Under the pieces are notes generated by a model that saw only the letters and a program-made list of their open reading frames with translations, did not search any database and was not told the DNA's origin. Source: a virus (Duplodnaviria; Caudoviricetes). Taken from it: a stretch of 43,796 nucleotides of DNA. Both the position numbers and the translations under genes were made by a program. The first letter of the stretch is position 1, and the number at the start of each line of letters is the position of its first letter. Where the stretch lies: positions 1 through 43,796 of IMG/VR virus record IMGVR_UViG_3300028586_000036. One strand, 5' to 3'. Below, piece after piece: positions 7,359 to 15,599 of the stretch.

Positions 7359-7580
7359 ATGGTCATGAACGAAGACGCACAGAAAGATGGTGGCCAAGCA
7401 TTCCCGGCAAGCGGAAATCACGGCCAGCACGTCCCTGGGATGACTCTGCGGGACTGGTTTGCGGGCATGGCAATGCAGACCCTGATCGATCACACCTCGC
7501 TGCCAGCGTTGGCCGCCCGGGATTCCTACGCCTACGCCGCCGCGATGCTCAATGAGCGTAGCAAACAGGTGTCCGAGTGA
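7359..7580 (+). CDS. Conserved small phage protein (DGGxAFP...GMTLRDWFAGxAMQ family)
   Basis: Recognisable motif common in proteobacterial phage early regions. Confidence 0.85.
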   Translation: MVMNEDAQKDGGQAFPASGNHGQHVPGMTLRDWFAGMAMQTLIDHTSLPALAARDSYAYAAAMLNERSKQVSE

Positions 7581-7735
7581 GCGACCTAGGCCCCGCCTTC
7601 GACGCCGCCCAGCGCAAGCACGACATGGCATCTGACGACGAGCCTGAGCAACCCGACGATGCGAAGCTGGCGCTGCTCAAGAAATGGTGCGACGAACCCG
7701 ACTACGAGCTAATGCAGGAATACAGATGGACGTGA
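7577..7735 (+). CDS. 52-aa acidic hypothetical protein, not in the track
   Basis: GTGA/TGATG coupling on both sides; MSDLGPAFDAAQRKHD...YRWT. Confidence 0.55.
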   Translation: MSDLGPAFDAAQRKHDMASDDEPEQPDDAKLALLKKWCDEPDYELMQEYRWT

Positions 7736-7851
7736 TGGATATAGCGCCGCAGGTTGCGACGATGGTAGGTGGGTTGTTCGTGGTGGCCGTGGCTCTGACG
7801 TTTTTCGGGTCGTGGTTGGATCGTGGAATGAGAGAGAGGAGGAAGAAATGA
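7735..7851 (+). CDS. 38-aa single-TM peptide, not in the track
   Basis: MDIAPQVATMVGGLFVVAVALTFFGSWLDRGMRERRKK; coupled on both sides. Confidence 0.6.
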   Translation: MDIAPQVATMVGGLFVVAVALTFFGSWLDRGMRERRKK

Positions 7852-8102
7852 GTAATCCTAAGTTGAAGAAAGTTCGGATTGAAATCGGCTACTGGTCATC
7901 GGATGAATACGAAAGCTCTGAGATTTTTAACAGCGAGCTGGCTAAGCAATCTCCAGAGCTAACAATGGCTAATGCTATTGATGAGATGGCCAGAATTATG
8001 GCTCTCTTCGACCTGCCGGAGTCAATTGCGCAGTCAGCAGTTAGCGGCGCATACAGGCGTGTTCGCGAATACCGAGAAAACAGAATAGGAAAGAAGCCAT
8101 GA
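7848..8102 (+). CDS. Hypothetical protein
   Basis: Start MSNPKL at 7848 after GGAGG. Confidence 0.7.
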   Translation: MSNPKLKKVRIEIGYWSSDEYESSEIFNSELAKQSPELTMANAIDEMARIMALFDLPESIAQSAVSGAYRRVREYRENRIGKKP

Positions 8103-8305
8103 ACAGAAACGCAATGCGCTCCAGCAGCAACTGGACTGGCCGCGTGCCACGCAGCATCACCCAAGCATTCGGCCCGATGGCAACCGACCTGCTCGGAACC
8201 GCCAAGCAGAACGAATCAAAACGCGCCGCCCGGGCTATCCAATACATCACATCTTGCGCAGTAGCGGCGCTGTTTGTCGTCGGCGTGTTTGCGCTTACGG
8301 CTTGA
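8099..8305 (+). CDS. Small protein with C-terminal TM helix
   Basis: 'TGRVPRS..QAFG' motif plus a hydrophobic tail. Confidence 0.7.
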   Translation: MNRNAMRSSSNWTGRVPRSITQAFGPMATDLLGTAKQNESKRAARAIQYITSCAVAALFVVGVFALTA

Positions 8306-8314
8306 GGAAAGAAG

Positions 8315-9283
8315 ATGAGCAATGCACTTGCACTGGTTAGCCAAGATATCTACGACACTCGAAGCGCGTTTGACGCCGTGCTTACGGACAAGTCACTGAG
8401 CTTTGAGCGTGAAGCCGGTTTCGCCATCCAGATCCTGCAAAACAGCGAATACGCGCTGGGCTTAGCGATGAATAACCGCCAGTCAGTCGTAAACGCCGTG
8501 ACCAACATCGCTGCTATCGGGATCAGCCTGAACCCAGCGAAGAAGCAGGCTTATCTGGTGCCTCGGGACAAGAAGATTTGCCTCGATATCAGCTACATCG
8601 GGCTGCTGGACTTGGCCGTGGCGTCCAACTCGATCCGCTGGGGCCAAGCCGAGCTGGTGCATAAAGGTGACTCGTTCCAGTTGAACGGTTTCGACAAGCC
8701 GCCTACCCATGGGCGCGACCCATTCAGTAGCGACCGAGGCGAGATTGTTGGCGCCTACGTAGTCGTCAAGACGCACGACGGAGACTATCTGACGACGACT
8801 ATGGGAATAGCTGAAATCTATGCGATCCGCGACCGCTCCGAGTCGTTCAAGAGCGGCAAGAAAAGTCCTTGGAAGACTGACCCCGGCGAGATGATCAAGA
8901 AAACTGTGATCAAGCGCGCTTTCAAGATGTGGCCTAAAACAGATCGACTGGACCACGCCGTTGAGTACCTGAATACGGATGGCGGCGAAGGCATCAACTT
9001 CGACAGCAAGCCGGTGACGGACCCGGAAATCCTGCCTCGCCTTCGCCAGATGGTCGATCAAGCCGAGACTGCAGACCAGCTCAAAAAGATATGGGAGGAA
9101 GGCTTGAAGGCTGTAAAGCCGACAGGAGACTTGACGCTCTACAACGCTTTCAAGGATGCGGTGGCCACGCGTGGCGCGACTATCCGAGACAGAGAGATGA
9201 GCCCAGAGACCCCGCCCGATGACGGCAACACCATCGACGAACATCAGCCGGGCCAGCCCGAAACCGCATGGGAGGAACAATGA
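8315..9283 (+). CDS. recT: RecT-family single-strand annealing recombinase
   Basis: 'GISLNPAKKQAYLVPR', 'ISYIGL', 'SPWKTDPGEMIKKTVIKRAFK.WP'. Confidence 0.92.
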   Translation: MSNALALVSQDIYDTRSAFDAVLTDKSLSFEREAGFAIQILQNSEYALGLAMNNRQSVVNAVTNIAAIGISLNPAKKQAYLVPRDKKICLDISYIGLLDLAVASNSIRWGQAELVHKGDSFQLNGFDKPPTHGRDPFSSDRGEIVGAYVVVKTHDGDYLTTTMGIAEIYAIRDRSESFKSGKKSPWKTDPGEMIKKTVIKRAFKMWPKTDRLDHAVEYLNTDGGEGINFDSKPVTDPEILPRLRQMVDQAETADQLKKIWEEGLKAVKPTGDLTLYNAFKDAVATRGATIRDREMSPETPPDDGNTIDEHQPGQPETAWEEQ

Positions 9284-9933
9284 GCCGCTACATCCTCTCG
9301 CCGCACGCCCAGGGAACAAGTGAATGGCTCAAGGACCGCGCCGGTAAGGTAACGGGGAGCCGCGCCGCTGACATGCTCGCCAAGACCGCCAAGGGCGAAT
9401 GGTCAGCCAAGCGCCGCGACTACTGCCTAGAATTGGCTGTCGAGCGCTTGACGGGCCAGCCTGAGCCGCAGGGCTTCGTATCCCGAGAGATGCAGCACGG
9501 CATCGATCAAGAGCCATTCGCCCGCATGCACTACGAGGAAGCCACCGGCAACCTGGTGAAGGAGTCCGGCTTCATGTACCTGCCGGACCTGCCGGTCGGA
9601 TGCTCAGTCGATGGTCTATTCGACGAAGACGGCAAAACGGGCCTATGGGAAGCCAAGTGTCCGAAGTCGACCACGCATATCAAGTACCTCGAAGCGCAGG
9701 CGCTGCCGCCCGAATACAAGCCGCAGGTGCTGCATAACCTCTGGGTGACTGGCGCTGAGTTCGCAGACTTCGTGTCGTTCGATCCGCGCCTACCCGAAAG
9801 CGTCCGGCTTTTCATCGTCCGATACGTGCCGACTGCCGACGAGCTAGCCGAACACGAGGCCGAAGTGATGGCCTTCCTGACCGAAGTCGAGCAAACCGTT
9901 TCGCGCATCCTTGCGCTGGGGAATAAGCAATGA
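9280..9933 (+). CDS. YqaJ/lambda-exonuclease family 5'-3' exonuclease
   Basis: 'QGTSEWLKDRAGKVTGS', 'MQHGIDQEPFAR', 'CSVDGL', 'EAKCP', 'DFVSFDPR'; paired with RecT. Confidence 0.92.
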   Translation: MSRYILSPHAQGTSEWLKDRAGKVTGSRAADMLAKTAKGEWSAKRRDYCLELAVERLTGQPEPQGFVSREMQHGIDQEPFARMHYEEATGNLVKESGFMYLPDLPVGCSVDGLFDEDGKTGLWEAKCPKSTTHIKYLEAQALPPEYKPQVLHNLWVTGAEFADFVSFDPRLPESVRLFIVRYVPTADELAEHEAEVMAFLTEVEQTVSRILALGNKQ

Positions 9934-10346
9934 CAACCAAATACGACGCGCTGGAAGCGCTGGAAGGCAAGGCGACCAAGGGACCGTGGCGTGCCGACTT
10001 CAAGATGATCGGCTTGGTCAGGACTGAGGACGGAGCCGAGATCACCAAGGGCAAGCGCATCACCAGCCTTGTCCAGCTTGAATCGAACGCGCAATTCATC
10101 GCCGCCGCCCGAAACGCCGTCCCTACCCTGATCGCCGATGTTAAGGCGCTGGCGGAGGCGCTGGACAATCGGCTCGACATCGCGGAGGAATGCGCGTTCG
10201 ATGAGTGGCTGAATCGGACCACTCCGAGTGGTGACATCACTGACGTGCAAAACCAGTGGAAAGAAAGCTACGACTTCTCGGAATTCTGCGAAAGCTGGGG
10301 TGCTGAGATAGCCGCCCTCAAGCGCATCCAGGGGGAAGCGGGATGA
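9930..10346 (+). CDS. Ead/Ea22-like protein
   Basis: 'KATKGPW...NAQFIAAARNAVPTLI' motif. Confidence 0.75.
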   Translation: MTTKYDALEALEGKATKGPWRADFKMIGLVRTEDGAEITKGKRITSLVQLESNAQFIAAARNAVPTLIADVKALAEALDNRLDIAEECAFDEWLNRTTPSGDITDVQNQWKESYDFSEFCESWGAEIAALKRIQGEAG

Positions 10347-10951
10347 GAGACGTACAACACCACGGACTACTTGCATCGCGGAAAGGCGATGGATGGACGC
10401 CGCCGTCCCGATTGCACGAAGAGTTTATCCGAAAGCACATGAGATACGACGAATCGATAGGTGACCTGTTCTGGATGGACCGCACCGGCTCGGACGCTCA
10501 ATTCAATGGGAAGAAAGTCGGGCGAAAAACCAGCGGATACCAAGTCGCAACGGTTTACGGTCGCGCATTCCCCTGCCACCGGATTATCTGGTTCTTGCAT
10601 CACGGGCGATGGCCGACAGCTTTGCTCGACCACATTAACCACGACACGCTGGACAACCGGATAGCCAACCTTCGCGAGGCAACACGCAGGCAGAACGCAT
10701 GGAACCTTCAGATGAAACCGTCAAATCGATCTGGCTACAAGGGCGTCTCCCTCCACAAGCAAAGCGGGAAATATGTTGCGGCAATAAGAATGCCGGAAGG
10801 AAAAACGAAACACCTAGGGACCTTCAAAGACCCGCAGGAAGCGCATCACGCCTATCTCTGCGCCGCAAAGGAACTGCACGGCGAATTTGTAAACACAGAG
10901 TTCAGCGTACAGCGCGCCGTCCTTAAACAACTGGGAGCCAAGAATGTCTGA
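10343..10951 (+). CDS. HNH homing endonuclease with AP2-like domain
   Basis: 'HRIIW...DHINHDTLDNRIANLREAT..QN..N', 'SGYKGVS...KY.A.I...HLGTF...EAH.AY'. Confidence 0.92.
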   Translation: MRDVQHHGLLASRKGDGWTPPSRLHEEFIRKHMRYDESIGDLFWMDRTGSDAQFNGKKVGRKTSGYQVATVYGRAFPCHRIIWFLHHGRWPTALLDHINHDTLDNRIANLREATRRQNAWNLQMKPSNRSGYKGVSLHKQSGKYVAAIRMPEGKTKHLGTFKDPQEAHHAYLCAAKELHGEFVNTEFSVQRAVLKQLGAKNV

Positions 10952-11477
10952 AGACAATACCGATTATCTCGGCCATGCCCTTGAGCTTGAGTCGGCATCC
11001 AAGAAGGTCGAATCGCAAACGGCCGAGCGAGCCATGTTGGCCGGCGCTCACTGCCTGCGCATCGCTGAGGCTGCACGCAAAGCGCGACTGGCTGGTATGA
11101 ATGCCACCCCTGCTGCGCCCCAGGATGAACGAGACCAAATTCGATCTGTGTTTCTAGAAAATGGCTTCACTATCAAGCCCGGACACGACGACTTGCAGCC
11201 TTACGTATACGCAGCCGCTAAGGCGCTGCTTCGACGCGCCGCACTGCCCGCAGCCCAGCCGGCCGATGAGCAGAAGGCGGCGCGGTATCGATTGCTGGGG
11301 ACCGCCGACATCATCCAGCGAGGCGACCAGTTCATTGACGACGATGGGAAGACCTGGAACGAGATCGCAGGCTGGGAATCGGGTATGCGATACAACCCCT
11401 GCGTTCTGAAGTCGGGGCGCCGCCGAATCGATGCGACCGACACATCGGCACGCACGCAGGAAGGCGCAGCATCATGA
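10944..11477 (+). CDS. Mosaic hypothetical protein
   Basis: 'FLENGFTIKPG..DL.PYVYAAA.ALL' module typical of phage accessory mosaics. Confidence 0.7.
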   Translation: MSEDNTDYLGHALELESASKKVESQTAERAMLAGAHCLRIAEAARKARLAGMNATPAAPQDERDQIRSVFLENGFTIKPGHDDLQPYVYAAAKALLRRAALPAAQPADEQKAARYRLLGTADIIQRGDQFIDDDGKTWNEIAGWESGMRYNPCVLKSGRRRIDATDTSARTQEGAAS

Positions 11478-11905
11478 GCAAAGTCCTGGTTGAAGTTATC
11501 TCAGGCCCGGAAGGCCCGTGCCTTTCGGTTTCCAACAACGGAAATGGAAACGGCATGCGCGTTGCCGGCCCCAAGCCGTTTGGTGGTGGGCGCATCACTC
11601 ACGCCTTCCGGCCCAGCGCGAAGGAATTACGCGAGGCAGTCGATTTCGCTTGCGGCAAGGACCCAGAAATCGCCCGCCTTTCCGCCGCCCTGTCCGTTGC
11701 CCTGGCGCAGCTGGAGGAAGAACGGGCGCGGAATGCTTGGCGGCACATCAGCACTGCGCCAGCTAATCAGGAGGTACTGGCGTGCAATGCAGCAGGCTAC
11801 GTGGGGCGCGCGGTACTACTGAAAGGCAAGTGGGAGCATATAGGCATGCCAACGCACTGGATGCCCCTTCCTGGCCTTCCTACTGACACAAGAAAGGAAC
11901 TCTGA
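11474..11905 (+). CDS. DUF551-like domain protein
   Basis: C-terminal 'W..ISTAP...PTHWMPLP'. Confidence 0.75.
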   Translation: MSKVLVEVISGPEGPCLSVSNNGNGNGMRVAGPKPFGGGRITHAFRPSAKELREAVDFACGKDPEIARLSAALSVALAQLEEERARNAWRHISTAPANQEVLACNAAGYVGRAVLLKGKWEHIGMPTHWMPLPGLPTDTRKEL

Positions 11906-12147
11906 TGGAATACGCAGTGATCGACGGCCAGCAGGTTGAGCTGACGGAGTGGTTCATGGATGGTGCAAAGCCCGTATATAAGGGCTGGTATCAGGCGCGC
12001 CTATGGTCCGTGATGTTTCCGAAGCAGCTTATCGAACTTCGCCTGCACTGGAGCGGAAAGGCGTTCTACTACGGCAACAAGCGCGCCCGATTTCATGGGC
12101 CTACCCCTGAATGGCGCGGCCTATCCCACCCTCCCGGAGCGACGTGA
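11905..12147 (+). CDS. Small Trp-rich protein, paralog of 688..927
   Basis: 'TEWF...KPV..G.Y...W.G..F...WRGL'. Confidence 0.7.
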   Translation: MEYAVIDGQQVELTEWFMDGAKPVYKGWYQARLWSVMFPKQLIELRLHWSGKAFYYGNKRARFHGPTPEWRGLSHPPGAT

Positions 12148-12180
12148 TGTGACCTAAATCACTCTGGCCGGAAATATCGC

Positions 12181-12209
12181 TTGATGTTCTGGCCGGGTTG
12201 AGAGATGAT
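12181..12209 (+). promoter_or_regulatory. Candidate promoter TTGATG-17-GATGAT
   Basis: Same -35 and spacing as the promoter at 4352..4380; sits just before the first hairpin of the structured RNA. Confidence 0.45.
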
Positions 12210-12215
12210 TTGTGC

Positions 12216-12680
12216 GTCGGTGTGGCAACTGACATGGCAAATACAGTGAGGCGATCCCAGAATTCTTAGAGGGGTTGTGTGGTTAGTACGCGTGGGGTCT
12301 CACTGCCCTAGCACCGTGTTCTAACCGCCCAGCCAAGGGCCAACCCCTCTAAGCATCTCTGGGATTTTTTTCGTCTGTTGCCAACGCTGGACTGGTCAGG
12401 AAGGAAGCGGGGACTAAAGACTGCGGCGCCCCTGACGAGAGTACAAGCCGGTTGCAAAGTACGAAGGGCGGTAGCGAGAGATTCAAGCCTGCAGGGCCGG
12501 TTCGAACCACCGGGAAATTGAATCAGTGAGGACAGGGTTTCGATTGATCCTCATGCCATTGACGACGGGCTGGCTCCGAAAGCAGACGTTTGGCGAAGCT
12601 AAAGCGATTCACATCGAATCGCTAGGAGTAGCTTTGCCAAAGCCTCAGAACTTCACCAAAAGCTATACAAACAAACCTTA
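12216..12680 (+). ncRNA. Large structured non-coding RNA or leader: a c4/CI-like module plus a ~300-nt multi-helix domain
   Basis: No credible ORF in ~540 nt of an otherwise gene-packed arm, and many long complementary pairs (see findings). Confidence 0.65.
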
Positions 12681-12689
12681 GGAGTAGAT

Positions 12690-13103
12690 ATGGAAATCTG
12701 GACAGATGGTGGATGTAGCCCTAACCCTGGAAAGGGTGGATGGGGATGGCATCGAAGCGACGGCATGGAAGCCTGTGGAGGCGATGCATGCACTACGAAC
12801 AACCGGATGGAATTGACCGCGATTCTGGAGGCTTGCAAGGCGCTTCCTGATGGCACGCCAGCAACGATCTATAGCGACTCGCAATACTGCGTAAATGGCC
12901 TGACCATTTGGTCGGCAGGATGGGCTAAAAAGAACTGGATGCGCGGCGGGGAAGAAATACCGAATCGCCCGCTCTGGATTGCACTTGAAGAACAAAAGCG
13001 TCGCTTACGTGTTTCGTTCAAGTGGGTCCGTGGGCATAACGGTCATGAAGGAAACGAAAAGGCCGATCAGCTAGCAACGAAAGGCCGCAAGATGGCAAGC
13101 TAA
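12690..13103 (+). CDS. rnhA: Ribonuclease HI
   Basis: 'IWTDGGCSPNPGKGGWG', 'TTNNRMELTA', 'IYSDSQY', 'WVRGHNGHEGNEKADQLA'. The D/E/D/H/D catalytic set is intact; AGGAG RBS. Confidence 0.97.
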   Translation: MEIWTDGGCSPNPGKGGWGWHRSDGMEACGGDACTTNNRMELTAILEACKALPDGTPATIYSDSQYCVNGLTIWSAGWAKKNWMRGGEEIPNRPLWIALEEQKRRLRVSFKWVRGHNGHEGNEKADQLATKGRKMAS

Positions 13104-13345
13104 TCAATCCGATCCGTCCCCCGGCGACGTTAAGCCGGGCCATGAAGTAGGCAGGCTTATCGCGCTGAAAGTCGATGACCACCGGGCCGATGTATAGGTG
13201 CTGTTGGTCGGGAGCCTGCCTTCTTGATGGCGAATTCGAAGGCTGATTCGATACCACTTGCCGGCTCTAGTCCTGGGGCGGGCTGTGGTGGATAAAGCGG
13301 GAGATCAGCACCCGCCACCATCAGTACAAAATCAACAGCTAGGAG
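13104..13345 (+). ncRNA. Structured intergenic element downstream of RNase H
   Basis: Hairpin 13120..13139, long helix 13139..13157/13213..13231 with internal branches, terminal TGGTG...GCGGG/CCCGC-CACCA helix. Confidence 0.5.
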
Positions 13346-13351
13346 ATAGAA

Positions 13352-13531
13352 GTGACGACATATCGTGTTGAATTTAACGTTGAGATACCTGACGACGTTG
13401 ATGAAAATGACGTCGTGAAATTCATGGAGTTTGAACTTGGCGCTGTCGGCAGTCTTTCCGCAGGAAATGCCTTGAGCAACAAAGACCTAGGGTCGCTGGA
13501 AGTCACGAACTTATACGTTTGGCTCTATTAA
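13352..13531 (+). CDS. 59-aa hypothetical protein, not in the track
   Basis: GTG after AGGAG; MTTYRVEFNVEIPDDVDENDVVKFMEFELG... Confidence 0.7.
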   Translation: MTTYRVEFNVEIPDDVDENDVVKFMEFELGAVGSLSAGNALSNKDLGSLEVTNLYVWLY

Positions 13532-13548
13532 AAGACTAGGAGATAGGC

Positions 13549-13842
13549 ATGGCAGGCGAAGTGGTAGCGAACACGAAGAAAGTTACAGAGTGGGCGTGGC
13601 AGGGGGCTAGTGAGCTTCAGAAGTACATCGAGAAGCACGGCGACCGGCAGACTGAGGTTCTGGCCGACGCCACAGAGGAAGCGCATATCCTCGGCTCGCT
13701 GCATCGGCGCGCACTGGTTACGGCGTCTGAGACTTTCACTCTGACGGCAGCCGAAGCGGACATACTGGGCGCGATTGCTCATCGGACCTTCTTTGACGAA
13801 TGGAAGGCTGACTTTGACGCGGCTTATGGGGTGGCGAAATGA
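13549..13842 (+). CDS. Hypothetical protein
   Basis: AGGAG RBS, 97 aa. Confidence 0.7.
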   Translation: MAGEVVANTKKVTEWAWQGASELQKYIEKHGDRQTEVLADATEEAHILGSLHRRALVTASETFTLTAAEADILGAIAHRTFFDEWKADFDAAYGVAK

Positions 13843-14102
13843 TTGAGCCGATCAATCGCGTGAAAGTGGAAAGCATCTCCACGGTGAAGGTCTGGATAGA
13901 GAGCGACATGCTTGGTGCGCGTCACGTTGTCATTCAGCACGACGGCGCGCGCCTACCGCCCTTCATCTATGCGACCTTCCACTACAACTACGCTTACACC
14001 AGCAACTACGCTACGTTGCAAGCGGCTGAGCTGCTGGCGATTCAACTTGGCGCAACTGTGCCAGTCGAGCATCGCACTGTTGCCGTAGCGGGGCAATCAT
14101 GA
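13839..14102 (+). CDS. Hypothetical protein
   Basis: ATGA-coupled chain. Confidence 0.65.
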   Translation: MIEPINRVKVESISTVKVWIESDMLGARHVVIQHDGARLPPFIYATFHYNYAYTSNYATLQAAELLAIQLGATVPVEHRTVAVAGQS

Positions 14103-14461
14103 CCGCGCCGCTGCATGAGAGGCTGGCTGAAGCGGCGAAGGTGGCAAATCAAGACGAGTGGCACCTTCGAATCGCTGACGAGTGGAGTAAAAGCATCGTC
14201 ACTGTTCACGGCGAAATGGAAAATGGCGAGCCAAGCGTTTGGACTCTGATTGATGTGAATCTGCGCCGAGACGAGGCAGAGGAAACCTTGCGCTATCTGC
14301 ATTCCTGCCGGCCCGCCAACGTCGCCAAGCTCTGCGAGCAAGTGCGGGTCCTTCTGGGCGCTGTGCAAGCGGTCGAAGACTTCATCTCTGGCAAGCCGGA
14401 TGCGCCAGAGCCGTTTGGCATTACCCGCGATGCGCTTAAGTTCGTGAAGGAGTCGCAATGA
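14099..14461 (+). CDS. Ead/Ea22-like hypothetical protein
   Basis: ATGA-coupled; 'L.EAAK.A...W...YL..C.PANV..L'. Confidence 0.65.
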   Translation: MTAPLHERLAEAAKVANQDEWHLRIADEWSKSIVTVHGEMENGEPSVWTLIDVNLRRDEAEETLRYLHSCRPANVAKLCEQVRVLLGAVQAVEDFISGKPDAPEPFGITRDALKFVKESQ

Positions 14462-14742
14462 TCTGGCAGCCGATTGAAACAGCACCCATGGATGGCACGG
14501 AAATCTTGCTGTATCGGGGCGCAGGCACTCACGAGGGTAAGCATGTTCCTCCTCGGGTGACCTCCGGCGCGTGGATAGAATGGGCTGAAACCGCCATTGA
14601 GTATCACGGGACTACAGGGGAATATCTCGGTCAGTCCGATCAAGGCGGCGGCGCAGAGTGGTGCAGCTGGGACGGCGGCTTTACCGAAGAACACCCGCCT
14701 ACGCACTGGATGCCGCTGCCAGACTTTCCGGAGGTCAAGTAA
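14458..14742 (+). CDS. DUF551-like protein
   Basis: 'WQPIETAP.DGT.ILL...PTHWMPLP..P'. Confidence 0.85.
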   Translation: MIWQPIETAPMDGTEILLYRGAGTHEGKHVPPRVTSGAWIEWAETAIEYHGTTGEYLGQSDQGGGAEWCSWDGGFTEEHPPTHWMPLPDFPEVK

Positions 14743-14999
14743 TGAAGACCATCGAGAAGTATCAGTTAGGCTGGCCAGCGCAAGAGCAGATCACGATGCC
14801 TCGCGGCGCGCAGCTTCTGACGGTCGGCATGCGAGATGGTTTGCCTTGCCTCTGGGCGCTGGTGGAAACGGATCAGCCGGACGAGAGGCGGCAATTCATC
14901 ATCTACACGACTGAGCAGGCATTGCCGAGCTGGCCGAAAGCATACGTCGGGACCATCTACAGCATAGAGAATGTGCTGCACGTCTTTGAAGTGACCTAG
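14742..14999 (+). CDS. Conserved small phage protein (MKTIEKYQL...LWALV...LHVFEV)
   Basis: TAATG coupling; recognisable phage family pattern. Confidence 0.75.
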   Translation: MKTIEKYQLGWPAQEQITMPRGAQLLTVGMRDGLPCLWALVETDQPDERRQFIIYTTEQALPSWPKAYVGTIYSIENVLHVFEVT

Positions 15000-15069
15000 T
15001 TCCGGCTCTGGCGGCGTGACAGGTCGCCACGGCAGGCGCTTTGCCTGACTACTGATCCAGGAGATCAAA

Positions 15070-15543
15070 ATGAAGAAAAGCATTCTCGCAGTTGCACTCT
15101 CGTTCGGCATGATCGCAGCTGCTTCGGCTCAAGGTGTGGCAGGTGGAATCGTCGTGGGCGGCGGTGCGGCTGGCTTCGCTGGCTCGGCATCCGGGACGGC
15201 ATTCAGCAACTCGCAGGGCTCGGCAGTCGCCGCATCGCAGGTAAATGGATTCGGCTCGTCGTTCCAGCAAGCTAACGGCTCGTCGGGTGGCTCGGCAATC
15301 GTGGGCGGCGGCGTGAACACTGTCGGCGCAACGATCACCACGGCCACGACCAACTACGCCAACACCAGCGGCGTGGGCTCCGTGTCGGGCAACGCACCGA
15401 TCATGGTGGGCGACAGCATCGCCAACGGCAACGCGGCATTCGGCCAGACGAAAGTCGGCGCGTCGGGCAATGCGCAGTTCGGCGTCGGCGCGATTGGCGG
15501 CGTTGTCGGTCTGTTCGGCGTGGCTGGCATCACCGGCTTCTAA
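15070..15543 (+). CDS. Secreted Gly/Ala/Ser/Asn-rich low-complexity protein
   Basis: Sec signal MKKSILAVALSFGMIAAASA|Q and AGGAG RBS. The mature part is almost free of charged residues and ends in Phe. Confidence 0.85.
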   Translation: MKKSILAVALSFGMIAAASAQGVAGGIVVGGGAAGFAGSASGTAFSNSQGSAVAASQVNGFGSSFQQANGSSGGSAIVGGGVNTVGATITTATTNYANTSGVGSVSGNAPIMVGDSIANGNAAFGQTKVGASGNAQFGVGAIGGVVGLFGVAGITGF

Positions 15544-15553
15544 GCACGTTGCC

Positions 15554-15576
15554 GGGCCGCTTCGGCGGCTTGGCCC
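15554..15576 (+). promoter_or_regulatory. Intercistronic cUUCGg hairpin (mRNA stabiliser or partial terminator)
   Basis: GGGCCGC-TTCG-GCGGCTT with no U-tract, between the two secreted-protein genes. Confidence 0.55.
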
Positions 15577-15599
15577 CTATTGCAAGCAAAGGAACCAGC

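Noticed and set aside
8483-10376. Long minus-strand ORFs opposite recT and the exonuclease
   Set aside because: Shadow ORFs of well-supported plus-strand genes.
12429-12470. Hammerhead-like CTGACGA followed by a GTAC/GTAC stem
   Set aside because: It is followed by GAAG rather than GAAA, and the flanks pair directly with each other (CCC/GGG), leaving no three-way junction or cleavage triplet.
12378-12521. 47-codon TTG ORF inside the large non-coding region
   Set aside because: No RBS and no protein-like features; the base-pairing pattern explains the sequence better, though an icd/kil-like peptide cannot be fully excluded.
13285-13323. tRNA gene (ends in CCACCA)
   Set aside because: No TTCRA T-loop, D-arm or anticodon arm can be built.
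12380-13330. Group I/II intron or retron around RNase H
   Set aside because: Only a GACTA/TAGTC-like pair is visible. There are no recognisable P/Q elements, no group II domain V, no interrupted exons and no reverse transcriptase in the window.
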